From the NCBI GenBank assembly GCA_053919585.1, contig CM132785.1: a stretch of 64,000 bases of DNA. One strand, written 5' to 3'. This document shows positions 39,399 through 50,672 of the stretch, in pieces. The stretch's first letter is position 1. Each line of letters starts with the position of its first letter. This DNA is from Euprymna scolopes. Lineage: Eukaryota. The notes below the pieces were generated by a model, which was given only the letters and a program-made list of their open reading frames with translations, did no database searches and had not been told where the DNA came from. A program made the translations under genes and the position numbers.

Positions 39399-40044
39399 TA
39401 ACATGTTTGACCTATGTTCAAGTAACCTACATTTAAAATTTTTAGTGTTTAGTTAAAAAAGACTCAGAGTTTCAAATTTTAAAAAACATAACTTAATAAT
39501 CGATGCCAATAGAATATGATTATGGAAGGAAAAAGCGTCCGTGTGTAAGAAAGCGCGTCTGTATGAGAGTGTGTGTGTGAGAGAGAGAGAAAAAAAAGAG
39601 GGACAAAGAGAGAGGGAGTGTGTGTATGTGTGTGTATGTGTATGTGTGTGCGCCCACGCGTGTGTATATATGTATGTTTAGCGGGGGGGGGTGTTAGGGA
39701 AAAACCACTCTAAAAATAATTGTCCTGTTTAAACGAACACATAACCACATATAAATAAAGCTACGACAATTAACGGCAATAAATATATAATGAAATAAAG
39801 CATGAATATATTAAGTTAATTTAGAATAAAATTAATTAAAATTAAATAAATATGAAGATAAAATTTAAAGATAAATTTAAATAAATATAAATAAAGTAAA
39901 TTTTAAAAGAATTATTAAAATTTTAAAAATTATTATTTTTTAAAAAATAATAGAATAAATGTGAAGGGAGAAATTTAAGATAATAAAAATTAAGGCAATT
40001 TTTAATAACTTGTCTAAAATGACACTTAAGGACTATCAGCACAT

Positions 40045-40125
<81 letters not shown>

Positions 40126-40294
40126 AGAGAGAGAAATTTGTTTGTAATATACTGAATTTTACTGGATTCGTATAATTCAGTAAATTTACATATACCAATG
40201 AATTTTAAGCCAAAAAGAGATGACTTAAAAGGTAAGCTACAAAATTATCATATTTCATAATTGAGCATTAATATACTGTATCAACAAAACCAAG

Positions 40295-41007
40295 ACTTCA
40301 TAAAGGGAATTGGTAGCGACAAAAAGTGTATTTCATTGTAAGTTACAATTGTTCAATACCGGTTAGACCAATTCAAGCGTTATGGCGTTTGAAAATCTTC
40401 ATATAACCAGACTTTCTTCAGACTACAGAACATTATTTAATAGTGTTACCGCCTGGATCATGTTCATTGTGTATTTCTTGTGGCCTGGAATTGCTATGTT
40501 CTTTGGTGAGAAAGTGATTTCCTCTTTTGAGAACATGATGTTTGCATTAGTGTATTTTTCAGCTCAAAATAATGAGCAGTATAAACTTGTTTGTTTATTT
40601 GTTTAAAAAAATTAATTATGTGAAATAAAGAAATATAGAAATCTAATTTAGGAATTCAATGAATAGAATTATTAAAAGATATTAAATGGCCACGGGATTT
40701 TATGGAAACTACTTATGACAGGTTTTTAAATAATGTTACGAAAATTAGGCGATATATTAATATTTATATATGCTCTTGACAAAGGATGCGTCCAGGATAA
40801 ATGTTTTCGCATGGTTCCTTTCCTTTAAGGGAAATACCTTTAAATAATGTTCTATTGTTAAGTGTTTTTTATTCGAGAAGTCTGAAGAAAGTCTGGTTAT
40901 GTGACGATTTTCAAACGCCATAATGCTTGAAATTGTCCAACCGGTATTGAAACAATTGTAACTTACAATGAAATACACTTTTTGTTGCTACCAATTCCTT
41001 TTTGAAG
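40295..41007. mobile_element. MITE-like element with about 130-bp inverted arms (40295-40425 / 40879-41007)
   Basis: ggaattggtagc.acaaaaagtgtatttcattgtaagttacaattg...ataaccagactttcttcagact and its reverse complement. Confidence 0.8.
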
Positions 41008-41263
41008 NNNNNNNNNNNNNNNNNNNNNNNNNNNNNNNNNNNNNNNNNNNNNNNNNNNNNNNNNNNNNNNNNNNNNNNNNNNNNNNNNNNNNNNNNNNNN
41101 NNNNNNNNNNNNNNNNNNNNNNNNNNNNNNNNNNNNNNNNNNNNNNNNNNNNNATGCATACATATCTATGGTGAGACAGTCCTACTACCTTCACAAAATT
41201 TACCAACCCGCCATCCCTACCATTAATATTATTACCAATCCATTAATCACTATTATTATTATT

Positions 41264-41295
<32 letters not shown>

Positions 41296-41296
<1 letters not shown>

Positions 41297-41396
41297 TAGC
41301 GGGACCTGTGGAAATTCCACAGCGGACTCTTCCATATGTAATATATTGATGTTGGCATTCAGCATCAGCTTGAATCAAAACCGAAAACAAAACTTA

Positions 41397-41451
<55 letters not shown>

Positions 41452-43565
41452 TAATATACTAGCAGGGGTGCCCGGCGTTGCCCGGGTGTTTGGGGGTGTA
41501 TGCTGAGCAAAAAAGCAGAAAAACAAAAAAATGGTTGATTTTTTTAAATTCGACCCCTATTATGACCCCTTAAAATTTATTGTTTGGGGCTCAAATCAAG
41601 TTATTAAGTTAGATCCATGTTCAAGGAACCTATATCTAAAATTTGAAGTGTCTAGACCTAAAATTGTCGGAGGAGTTTGGTAGAGTTCTTAAAGATCAAA
41701 TCGTTGAAATTTGACCCCTTAACAGCAAAATTTCTGGCTGCCCCCCGTCACATCGATTTTCCCAAATCTCAGTACCCTGTATTTCAAATTTCGAGTCTAT
41801 AGACAAAAATTGACAGAGTTAGTGCGTAAGGAAATNNNNNNNNNNNNNNNNNNNNNNNNNNNNNNNNNNNNNNNNNNNNNNNNNNNNNNNNNNNNNNNNN
41901 NNNNNNNNNNNNNNNNNNNNNNNNNNNNNNNNNNNNNNNNNNNNNNNNNNNNNNNNNNNNNNNNNNNNNNNNNNNNNNNNNNNNNNNNNNNNNNNNNNTT
42001 GGGTTCATTGTAAGCTTTTTATGCAAATATTCCGCAAGTATAAATCATGTAGAATATCTGCATGAATATAATCACCCGTAATAGTTAACTAAAGGTTATC
42101 ACCCTATAAGAAAACCGAAAAACCTAATAGGGAATTAATTAAAAATGAATGTTTAAAAGAATATGCAAATTAGTTAGATCTTTTGCTAATGAATGCAATT
42201 CGATAACTCATATATAAGAAAATTGTATTTTCTTTAAATAAATAGAAAAATATGGTTTTTAATATGAATATCACTACACACCAAAGGAATACGGAATTAT
42301 AGGTGTATAGAAGATTAAATAGGGGTAAATTAGTAGTGATGATGTCAAAAATGTGAAAAAGATACCACTGGTAAAAATGTAAACGAAAGTTCTACATTAC
42401 GTAGAAAAAAAAAACTGTACAGGTCCGTTTTCAGTTTGTGTTGCTCCCAAAAATGTAAATTAGGATGTTTGCGGATAAACTATGCTTGGTTGTGTATATA
42501 AAAGTGCCCCCTTTTTAATAAAGGAAGGACTTTCACATAAAAATTTAATAAACAAAAGATACGGCAAAAATTGAATTACACTTGTAAATCATATCTAAAA
42601 AAATAGCACGGTTCGTAAACAGCAGAAGTACTAAACAGATAAAAACACCCGCATTTTTGTACTTCTGCAATTATTTTTCTTTGAGTGACGCTGAGACATA
42701 AAGCGACACCCCCTCCCCCCGAAAAAAAAACCATAATTACGTCGAAACTCCCCACACAAATATATATTATCAACTGAATCAATTACCCAGACAGGAAAAC
42801 ATAAGATCTTTCTCAAAAGAAAATCGAAGAAAAAAAAGTGAAAAAAAAACGCGTAGGAATATATCTGATATAAAAAGCATTACTTTACCTTGTTTCTTTT
42901 TCAAAGTATTATGGAAACGATAATAAAATTCAGACAGTCAAGTGAATAGTTGAAAAATGATTTTAAAATCGTCCGTAGGAAAATTTTTTTAACCTTTTGG
43001 TAAACGTGCTAACACCGTACAATGAATCAACATCTCTAGCCGAGACTTTAATAGAGGGCTAACGATTCAAAATATTTCGTCGAAAAATAAAATCATCTTT
43101 AGCCTAATTATTTATTTTTTTATCAATATTTGTAACTTTTACATTTATAGAAAATAAATAATTAAAACAAATCATTTTATCACCATATCTCTCGATTTGG
43201 TTAAAAACTATATCCGTTCATAATAGTATAATTATTTATTACCAGAAATGGAAGACAATTTAACGACTGACACTCGGGAAAAAAATATGTAAGCGTGACA
43301 CTAAAGAACAAACACACTATCGTATTACCATATAGATCAGATAATATAAGATATATTATATTGGGTAAAATATGAAATAGTGATTAAAAAAAATAGATGA
43401 CTTGGGTGCCTTCAGCTATGATCGAAACCGAAACTAAAAATTATGAAAAATTTTTGTATCAGTATTTATTACAAAAAAGATGTATATTCCGGAATTAAAT
43501 CTAAACCAATGAAATTTGCCGGAAGGCGTGACCCACAAAAGAACACACACGGTATCGTATTAATA
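41296..43565 (-). mobile_element. Helitron family D segments with a family C-related Helitron (41459-41835) nested at a (TA)n tract
   Basis: CTAG ends with hairpins ctgtggaatttccacag (41296) and cccgggcaacgccggg (41459); 5'-end-like sequences at about 43337 and 43565. Confidence 0.6.
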
Positions 43566-44017
43566 ATAACAATAATGATAAAAAAATAAAAATAACAATA
43601 ACAACAATAATATTGATGATATTGATGGAAAAATAATGAAGTAAAAATAAGGAAATATAAATATTAAAGTAAACAAGGTAATAAAGTAAAAAGGTAAAAA
43701 ATATAAATCAAGTAAAATTAATATTAAATTATCATTAATATTAATATAATAACAATAGTTATAACAACATTATTAACAATAAATGTACGCATGAATAAAC
43801 AAGGGGGAGGGAGAAGGAATGGATTGATTTCAAGGTAAAATGGAACAGAAAATAAGGATAAGAGTAGTCTGGTAAGAGAAATGGAAAGGTTGCGAGGGCC
43901 GGTGGGGAGTAACAGCTCCATAAAGGTTATCCTTATTATCGGGAGGGGGGGCTAATATGGTTAAGGTAAGGAGGTTAGGTAGCGAAGAAGGCTGAGATAT
44001 AATTTAAAAGAGGGATG

Positions 44018-44081
<64 letters not shown>

Positions 44082-44505
44082 GTGTGTGTGTGTGTGTGTG
44101 TGTGCTGACAGTCCTTATGTGTAATTTACTATTAGATAAGTTATTCAAACATTGTCTTAATTATTTTTAATTGCTCCCTTCACATTTATTCTATTATTTT
44201 TTTAAAATGTAATAATTCTTGTAAAGTTTTATTTATTTTATATTTATTAAAATTTATCTTTACATTTTATCTTCATATTTATTTAATTTTAATTAATATT
44301 ATTCTAAATTAACTTAATATATTCATGCTTTATTTCATTATATATTTATTGCCGTTAATTGTCGTACCTTTATTTATATGTGGTTATGTGTTCGTTTAAA
44401 CAGGACATTTATTTTCAGAGTGGTTTTTCCATAACACCCACCCCCGCTAAACATACATATATACACACGCATGGGCGCACACACATACACATACACACAC
44501 ACACA

Positions 44506-44551
<46 letters not shown>

Positions 44552-45054
44552 ATTCCTCTTTCCTTGCCTCTCACACACACACTTATACACTTACACACAC
44601 ACGCGCTTTCTTCCTTCCATAATCATATTCTATTGGCATCGATTATTAAGTTATGGTTTAAAATTTGAAACTCTGAGTCTTAAACACTCGTTTAATGTTT
44701 TTTTTTCTATTTGTTCACTTCGCATTGTTTTCATTTTTTTTTTTTTTTCAATGAATTTACGCTGACTTTTTCCAACCTCTTATGGTTGATTCGGCGTAAT
44801 GAAACCAATGGTACGACCTTGAAATATGTATATATAGTGTCGTAATAAATATTGTATCTTCAACTCTCACATCCACGACTGAGCACTTTATTNNNNNNNN
44901 NNNNNNNNNNNNNNNNNNNNNNNNNNNNNNNNNNNNNNNNNNNNNNNNNNNNNNNNNNNNNNNNNNNNNNNNNNNNNNNNNNNNNNNNNNNNNNNNNNNN
45001 NNNNNNNNNNNNNNNNNNNNNNNNNTTTTAAGTTTTCTTACTAATGAGTTCGAT

Positions 45055-45845
45055 TTACGCTAAAAGCTTGTTTCTTTCAATAACTACAAGAAACTTTCTC
45101 TACCACCAATAGCGATGGCCAAGAACACATTACCTGAAAGTACTTCCTTTAAACTCCTCGGCCTAACGTTTACTGGGAACATGAACTGGAATCCATACAT
45201 TGAGAGCATTGCCAAGGCTGCTGCAAAGAAGGTGTGCTCTCTCTACCGTGCTAGAAAATTACTTACGCCTGAAAGAATCCTGTACCTCTATAAGGCCACT
45301 ATTCGCCCATGTATGGAGTACTGTTGTCACATTTGGGCTGGTGCATCTGCTGCTTGTCTCGTCTCTCACTCCTGGACAAAGTTCAAAAGAGAGTCGCCAA
45401 CCTGATAGGTCCTGAACTGTCATCTAGGTTTCAGCCTCTGTTCCAGCGACGAAATGTTGCATCCCTCTGCCTGTTCTACAAATACTTCAATGGTGAATGC
45501 TCTGACGAACTACAAGCACTTGTACCTCCTCGACATGACTACCCCCGACAAACCCAACAAGCAACTAAGTTCCACCCTTTTACAGTAGAGATCCCTAGGT
45601 GTAAGAAAGCCTTTTAGTCCAATAGTTTCTTCCCCAGAACTGCAAGTCTTTGGAACTCTCTTCCGGAATTCTGCTTTCCCAACTGTACTGATATGCAGAA
45701 GTTCAAGTGTATGTGAACAAACATCTTTCTACTCATCTCCCTTCATAATGCCCCTGCAAATTATGTCCCCGGTAGTAGCCCCCTACTTCAAAGTGGCACT
45801 GTGCCTTGTTTGGGGTGAAAATTGAATAAAAAATAAGAAAAAAAA
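45055..45845 (+). mobile_element. LINE family B 3' part, frameshifted
   Basis: LLGLTFT, IRPCMEYCCHIWAG, RRNVASLCLFYKYF; A-rich tail. Confidence 0.92.
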
Positions 45846-47525
45846 GAAGAGGTACTATTTAAAATCGCCGCAAATTATTTCTTCCTTTGCATAATTTAAA
45901 ACTAAATATTAATCAGAAGTGACTTTTTCAGGGCATTCATTGTCAACCCCAAATATCAGCTGATATGATATTGTAAACAAACACAGACGGAATTTGATGA
46001 ACGATATTATCACTATTACTTATTTATTTACTTTGCAAATTAGTCCACCGGGCAAATTATTCCTCGTAATCTTTCTATATATCTGAGTGAGAATGTGTAT
46101 GTGAGAACACTTCTCAACGTATATACTCAACGAATTTTTTATCTAGAGACTTGAAATTCGGTATATAGGGTATTCAGATATGTGAAAAATATTTTAATCC
46201 GTTTTCATCCGGAAAATAGGCTGTTAAAGAGTCAAAATTGAAAACTTATAACGTGGGGGGAGGGGTCATTGGATTTATATTTGTTTGCTAACTGTTCCCC
46301 AAATGCGTTGCTTGAATGGTTCATATGACAGATTCATTTTGTTAAAAGTAAATAGGTTTGAAAACACTTTTTATAGATCGTGTCAAGTCGGCCTAATGGT
46401 TATAGTACTTGACTCACCGTCTTTAGGTTTTGGTTCTGATCTTAGTAAACTATTTAGAAAACAAAAACGTAATGTTCGCATGCACATATCTCAGTTACTG
46501 TACAAATTAGCATATAATATTTATGCGCATTTATAACGGCCTGCTAATCTATATATCTATAAAATTGAGAATCTGTGTATGTGTGAGGACACTCCTCAAC
46601 CTATATACTCCACGAATTATTGATCTAGAGACTTGAAATTTGGTATATACGATATTCAAACATGTGGAAAACTTTTGTATCGGGTTTCTATCCGGTAAAA
46701 GGGCTGTTAAGACGTCAAAATTGAAAATTTGATACGTGGAGGCCGTCGGATTTTTATCTGCTTGCTAACTTTAGGTTTTGTTTTCGATCTCAATTCGATC
46801 GCGTAGTTATTTTTTTATTACAAGAAAGGAACTGTTTAGAAAAAAACATAATACTAGCATGCACATAGCTCAGTTTCTTTCCGTTTTTTATTTCATTTTT
46901 TAAGAAATTAAACGTTACGTTTAATACCGGGCAACGCCAGATACATCTTCTAGTATATCTATAAAAGAGCGAATGTGTTCTCAACCTATATACTCAACGA
47001 GTTTCTGATCTACAGATTCAAAAGTAATATATAAGGTATTCAGATATGTGGAAAATTTTTAATCAGGTTTCATCCGTAAAAATGTTTGCTAAGATGTCAT
47101 AATTGGAAGAGTTGGAGTATTCGTATTTTTATTGATTTGTCAACTGTTTCACGATTGCGCATATGCGGTCAAGAAACATGATAGCTTCTTTATGTGTAGA
47201 ATAATTTTTTTAAACACTTGGTAAATGTCGTGTAAAGCTGCTGCAATGGTTATCAATGTCGTTAGGTTTTGGTTTCGATCTCAACTCGAGTATTTTTTAC
47301 TTCCCAGAAATGAACTGTTTCGGAAAAAGTAACACTCGCATGCGCATGCTTCAGTTTCTGTATTAATTAAAGTATAATAGTTATGCGTATTTTTCCACCG
47401 GGCAACTCCGGTTACTGGGTCCTGTTAGTATATATTAATCAGTAAATGATTGATTCTATAATAATACATACGAAATCTGTATGAATTAAAATATCATGTT
47501 TAAGCTTATTGTACGACCGGCGAAC
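45846..47525 (+). mobile_element. Helitron family B copy split by a tandem trimer of family A Helitrons
   Basis: 45846-46069 and 47429-47525 are the reverse complement of 33745-34066. Confidence 0.75.
46070..47428 (+). mobile_element. Head-to-tail trimer of Helitron family A (units start at 46070, 46548, 46954)
   Basis: Each unit has ctcaacNtatatactcMacga near its start and ends CTAA/CTAG/TTAG; units 2 and 3 keep ccgggcaac hairpin remnants. Confidence 0.8.
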
Positions 47526-47713
47526 NNNNNNNNNNNNNNNNNNNNNNNNNNNNNNNNNNNNNNNNNNNNNNNNNNNNNNNNNNNNNNNNNNNNNNNNNNN
47601 NNNNNNNNNNNNNNNNNNNNNNNNNNNNNNNNNNNNNNNNNNNNNNNNNNNNNNNNNNNTAATTATTGGAAATATGTGTGTGTGTGAGAAAGATTATATA
47701 ATTAGTGGAAAAA

Positions 47714-47753
<40 letters not shown>

Positions 47754-47814
47754 GTGTTTTCTCTGTCCTAAATATATATATGTATATATAATAGTGTTTT
47801 CTCTGTCCTGCTTA

Positions 47815-48310
47815 AACCATAGGTCTGAAACATTAATGCTATCCAGTTGAGGCACGAAGAAGTTGGTAATCATTTTTTTTTTTTTGTATCGATCACTTAG
47901 TTACTGGTAGGTACTGACCATCATCACATTTGAAGACATATTTACCAATGATTCCACAAGCTCATAAAGCGAACCAACCCATGACTTTTTCTGGGTGTTT
48001 CAACCATGGCCCTAAATGCGGTAATTCTCTTTATTGACGCAACCATTTAACAAAAAGTGTTCTTCATCACTGGAGAAACTTTTTAATGAAATTTGGAATC
48101 AATGGCAATGTTTTCTTCGGCCCATTTACCAGCGGGAATGATGATCTTCAAGCAAAAGCTGAATCTTGTAAGCGCATAATCCAAAATCTTTATGCAAAAT
48201 TTTCGATAAAGTCGAAAGGCCCAAGTTTAATTGTTGAGCACGTTGACGGATTGACACATTTGCAGCATCATTAACGCTAAGTTGTACAACAGCAACGACG
48301 TCTTAAAGGA
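47815..48310 (-). mobile_element. Tc1/mariner (Tc3/DD37D-like) transposase remnant
   Basis: SIRQRAQQLNLGLSTLSKILHKDFGLCAYKIQL and SDEEHFLLNGCVNKENYRI. Confidence 0.8.
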
Positions 48311-48475
48311 TGGATAATATCGTTTAGCGTGAACGTCGTGCGAAAACGATTCACAGTTTATCGAATTAATCGATCTAATGATCGATAATGAGCACCATAA
48401 AACTCACGTAATGTACAATTGTGTTGCTCGAATTGAACCGTGATTTTTTAAATAAATTAGCACAATGTTCAGGTG

Positions 48476-48551
<76 letters not shown>

Positions 48552-48744
48552 CTCCCCTCTTCGGTAGAGCACTCTCGTAAATTATCTTACTCGCTACTTA
48601 ATTTAGCTGAAATAATGCGAAGCTCGCGATTTGTTTACAAACAAAACGTTTGAGCCCTCTACGAGTGGCGGACGTAGTCAGGGGGTAGGACTGCCGACTG
48701 TCATCACGACGGTTCTAGATTCGATCCTCGGCTTGGGAGAGGTG

Positions 48745-48805
48745 TTAGTCTAGCGGCACTGATGAGTTGTGAAACAACGAAACAGGTCTGTATGTCGATG
48801 ACTAA
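48745..48805 (+). ncRNA. Type I hammerhead ribozyme, copy 1 (predicted cut after C48788)
   Basis: ttagtc tagcggca-CTGATGA-gttg tgaaa caac-GAAAC-ag-GTC-tgtatgtcgat gactaa; all core nucleotides present. Confidence 0.88.
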
Positions 48806-48988
48806 AATATATTTTATAAAGCTCCCCTCTTCGGTAGAGCACTCTCGTAAATTATCTTTCTCGCTACTTAATTTAGCTGAAATAATGCGAAGCTCGCGAT
48901 TTGTTTACAAACAAAACGTTTGAGCCCTCTACGAGTGGCGGACGGATGTTTATTTAAATAGGCATTCGGACAGTTTAATTTCGGCCAC

Positions 48989-49062
48989 CGATTCCGTAGT
49001 CAGGGGGTAGGACTGCCGACTGTCATCACGACGGTTCTAGGTTCGATCCTCGGCTTGGGAGA
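48989..49062 (+). promoter_or_regulatory. tRNA(Asp)-like Pol III internal promoter (A and B boxes)
   Basis: A box TAGTCAGGGGG, ct-GTC-at loop, B box GGTTCGATCC, 3' GGGAG; upstream TATTTAAATA at 48951-48960. Confidence 0.7.
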
Positions 49063-49066
49063 GGTG

Positions 49067-49127
49067 TTAGTCTAGCGGCACTGATGAGTTGTGAAACAAC
49101 GAAACAGGTCTGTATGTCGATGACTAA
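49067..49127 (+). ncRNA. Type I hammerhead ribozyme, copy 2 (predicted cut after C49110)
   Basis: Identical to 48745-48805. Confidence 0.88.
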
Positions 49128-49414
49128 AATATATTTTATATTATATATATAGATAGATAGATAGAGAGAGAGATAGAGAGAGAGAGAGTCCTCTTTTCTT
49201 TTTTATTTCTCTTTTTTTCTATTTCAATTATATGTTTTATTGAATTGTGTCAGAGTTTGTTTTCGATCTAATTTCGAATTGCAATGTTTTCGAAAAGTAT
49301 ATGTATTTATGGAAGCTCTATGTCAAATATGTCGTACATTCATGAAAGTAAATACAAACGCCCGTTTCTCATTAACTTAAAGAACTAAATCCTCTCAAAA
49401 ATTAATAAATGTAC

Positions 49415-49469
<55 letters not shown>

Positions 49470-49769
49470 CGTGATTCGTTAAGTCACAGTCACTATAACT
49501 ATTATTTCATTTTAATTTCATTAAAAAATTCAAAGACTGCGATAGAGTTGTTAATTAAGTTGTTCTGATAACTAAGAAATAAGTCTATTTCTATGAAATC
49601 CTTACAGAAAATATAAGTAAAAATCTTAATAATTTGCTTTCTAATTGCGTCATTCTTTTTCTAAACGATCATTAAAAATAATTAAAGAGTGATCGAATAA
49701 AAATTTAACGGGGTAAGGCAAGACAAATACATAGAAAGTGAAATTCGAGATGCATTACTCTGTATTACT

Positions 49770-50132
49770 TGTTTTGATCGGACTTTTGTTTTCATCTTGA
49801 GTATTATTTGTACAACGTTTCAGTCGGTGTAGCCTCCGACATTCGTCAGGCATGTTGGTCGTCATCTAGGAAAAGAAAGGAGAAAAGTTACTGGATTCGT
49901 AACGGTAAAAGGGAGATAATCTGGTTAAACTTTATCAAAGTTACCTCCCCTTATCAACCACACTTACGAAATCACGACGGAAAAAAAAACAACTCAAAGA
50001 ATATGAAACCATCTCGGGAGATAGTAACTTTTCCAAGATGGCGACCAACAGGCCTAATGAAGGTCGAAGACGACAGTGACCGAAACGTTGCACAAATAAC
50101 ACTCAAAATGAGAACAATAACTCGATCAAAAC
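49770..50132. mobile_element. Penelope-like inverted repeat pair with outward-facing minimal hammerheads
   Basis: Arms 49770-49876 / 50028-50132; minus arm CTGACGA-atgtcgg...ccgact-GAAAC-GTT (core intact); plus arm CTaATGA...GAAACGTT. Confidence 0.75.
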
Positions 50133-50375
50133 ACGGAATAGAAACAATCAGCCCTCATCTAAAACATTCAGCATGTCATGCATACTCTGTTGGGATCATT
50201 ACAAGTTGGTGGTCAATTTTCTAGTTTAATTACATCATTTATTCTTATAAAACAACACAATTCTCAAATTAATTTAGGGTCTTGTGTTATTTTATTTAAA
50301 CATATATTTTGTGTAATTAAAAAATTTGGAAAGGAGCTTTAGTGAAACCAACGTTGATTAACTCAGCATTCGCAT

Positions 50376-50496
50376 TAGCCCCCTTAAGTAAACACTTCAT
50401 TAAACCTCCACACTAACGTACTGTACTTGCAATAACCCTTATCCTTGAGTGGCTTCCGGGTCTTGATAAGTGGTGACCCCCGTGTAAAAAAAAAAA
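50376..50496 (+). mobile_element. Short LINE family A 3' end retrocopy
   Basis: Matches 31505-31620, including stop codon, stem-loop and poly(A). Confidence 0.88.
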
Positions 50497-50604
50497 GCAT
50501 ATTGCTAGATATGTATGTGAGTATACAGGCATTTGATAGTTGACTGTATTTATTATATAAAATCTACATTCATGCTTTGTGAAGTTGAATATTGTAATAA
50601 ACTC

Positions 50605-50672
<68 letters not shown>

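Larger units (their letters stand above)
39460..44681. repeat. About 620-bp inverted duplication (39460-40090 / 44060-44681)
   Basis: agactcagagtttcaaattttaaa...gatgccaatagaatatgattatggaagg is inverted at 44610-44681; continues through the microsatellites. Confidence 0.85.
48546..49140 (+). mobile_element. Head-to-tail dimer (270 + 322 bp) of a tRNA-headed, hammerhead-bearing short element (retrozyme/SINE-like)
   Basis: Near-identical units (gctcccctcttcgg at 48551 and 48821); unit 1 lacks 52 bp; each has a tRNA-like block followed by an HHR. Confidence 0.9.

Noticed and set aside
48546-49140. CRISPR-like or functional tRNA gene interpretation
   Set aside because: Only two long units without spacers; the tRNA-like block lacks properly paired acceptor and anticodon stems
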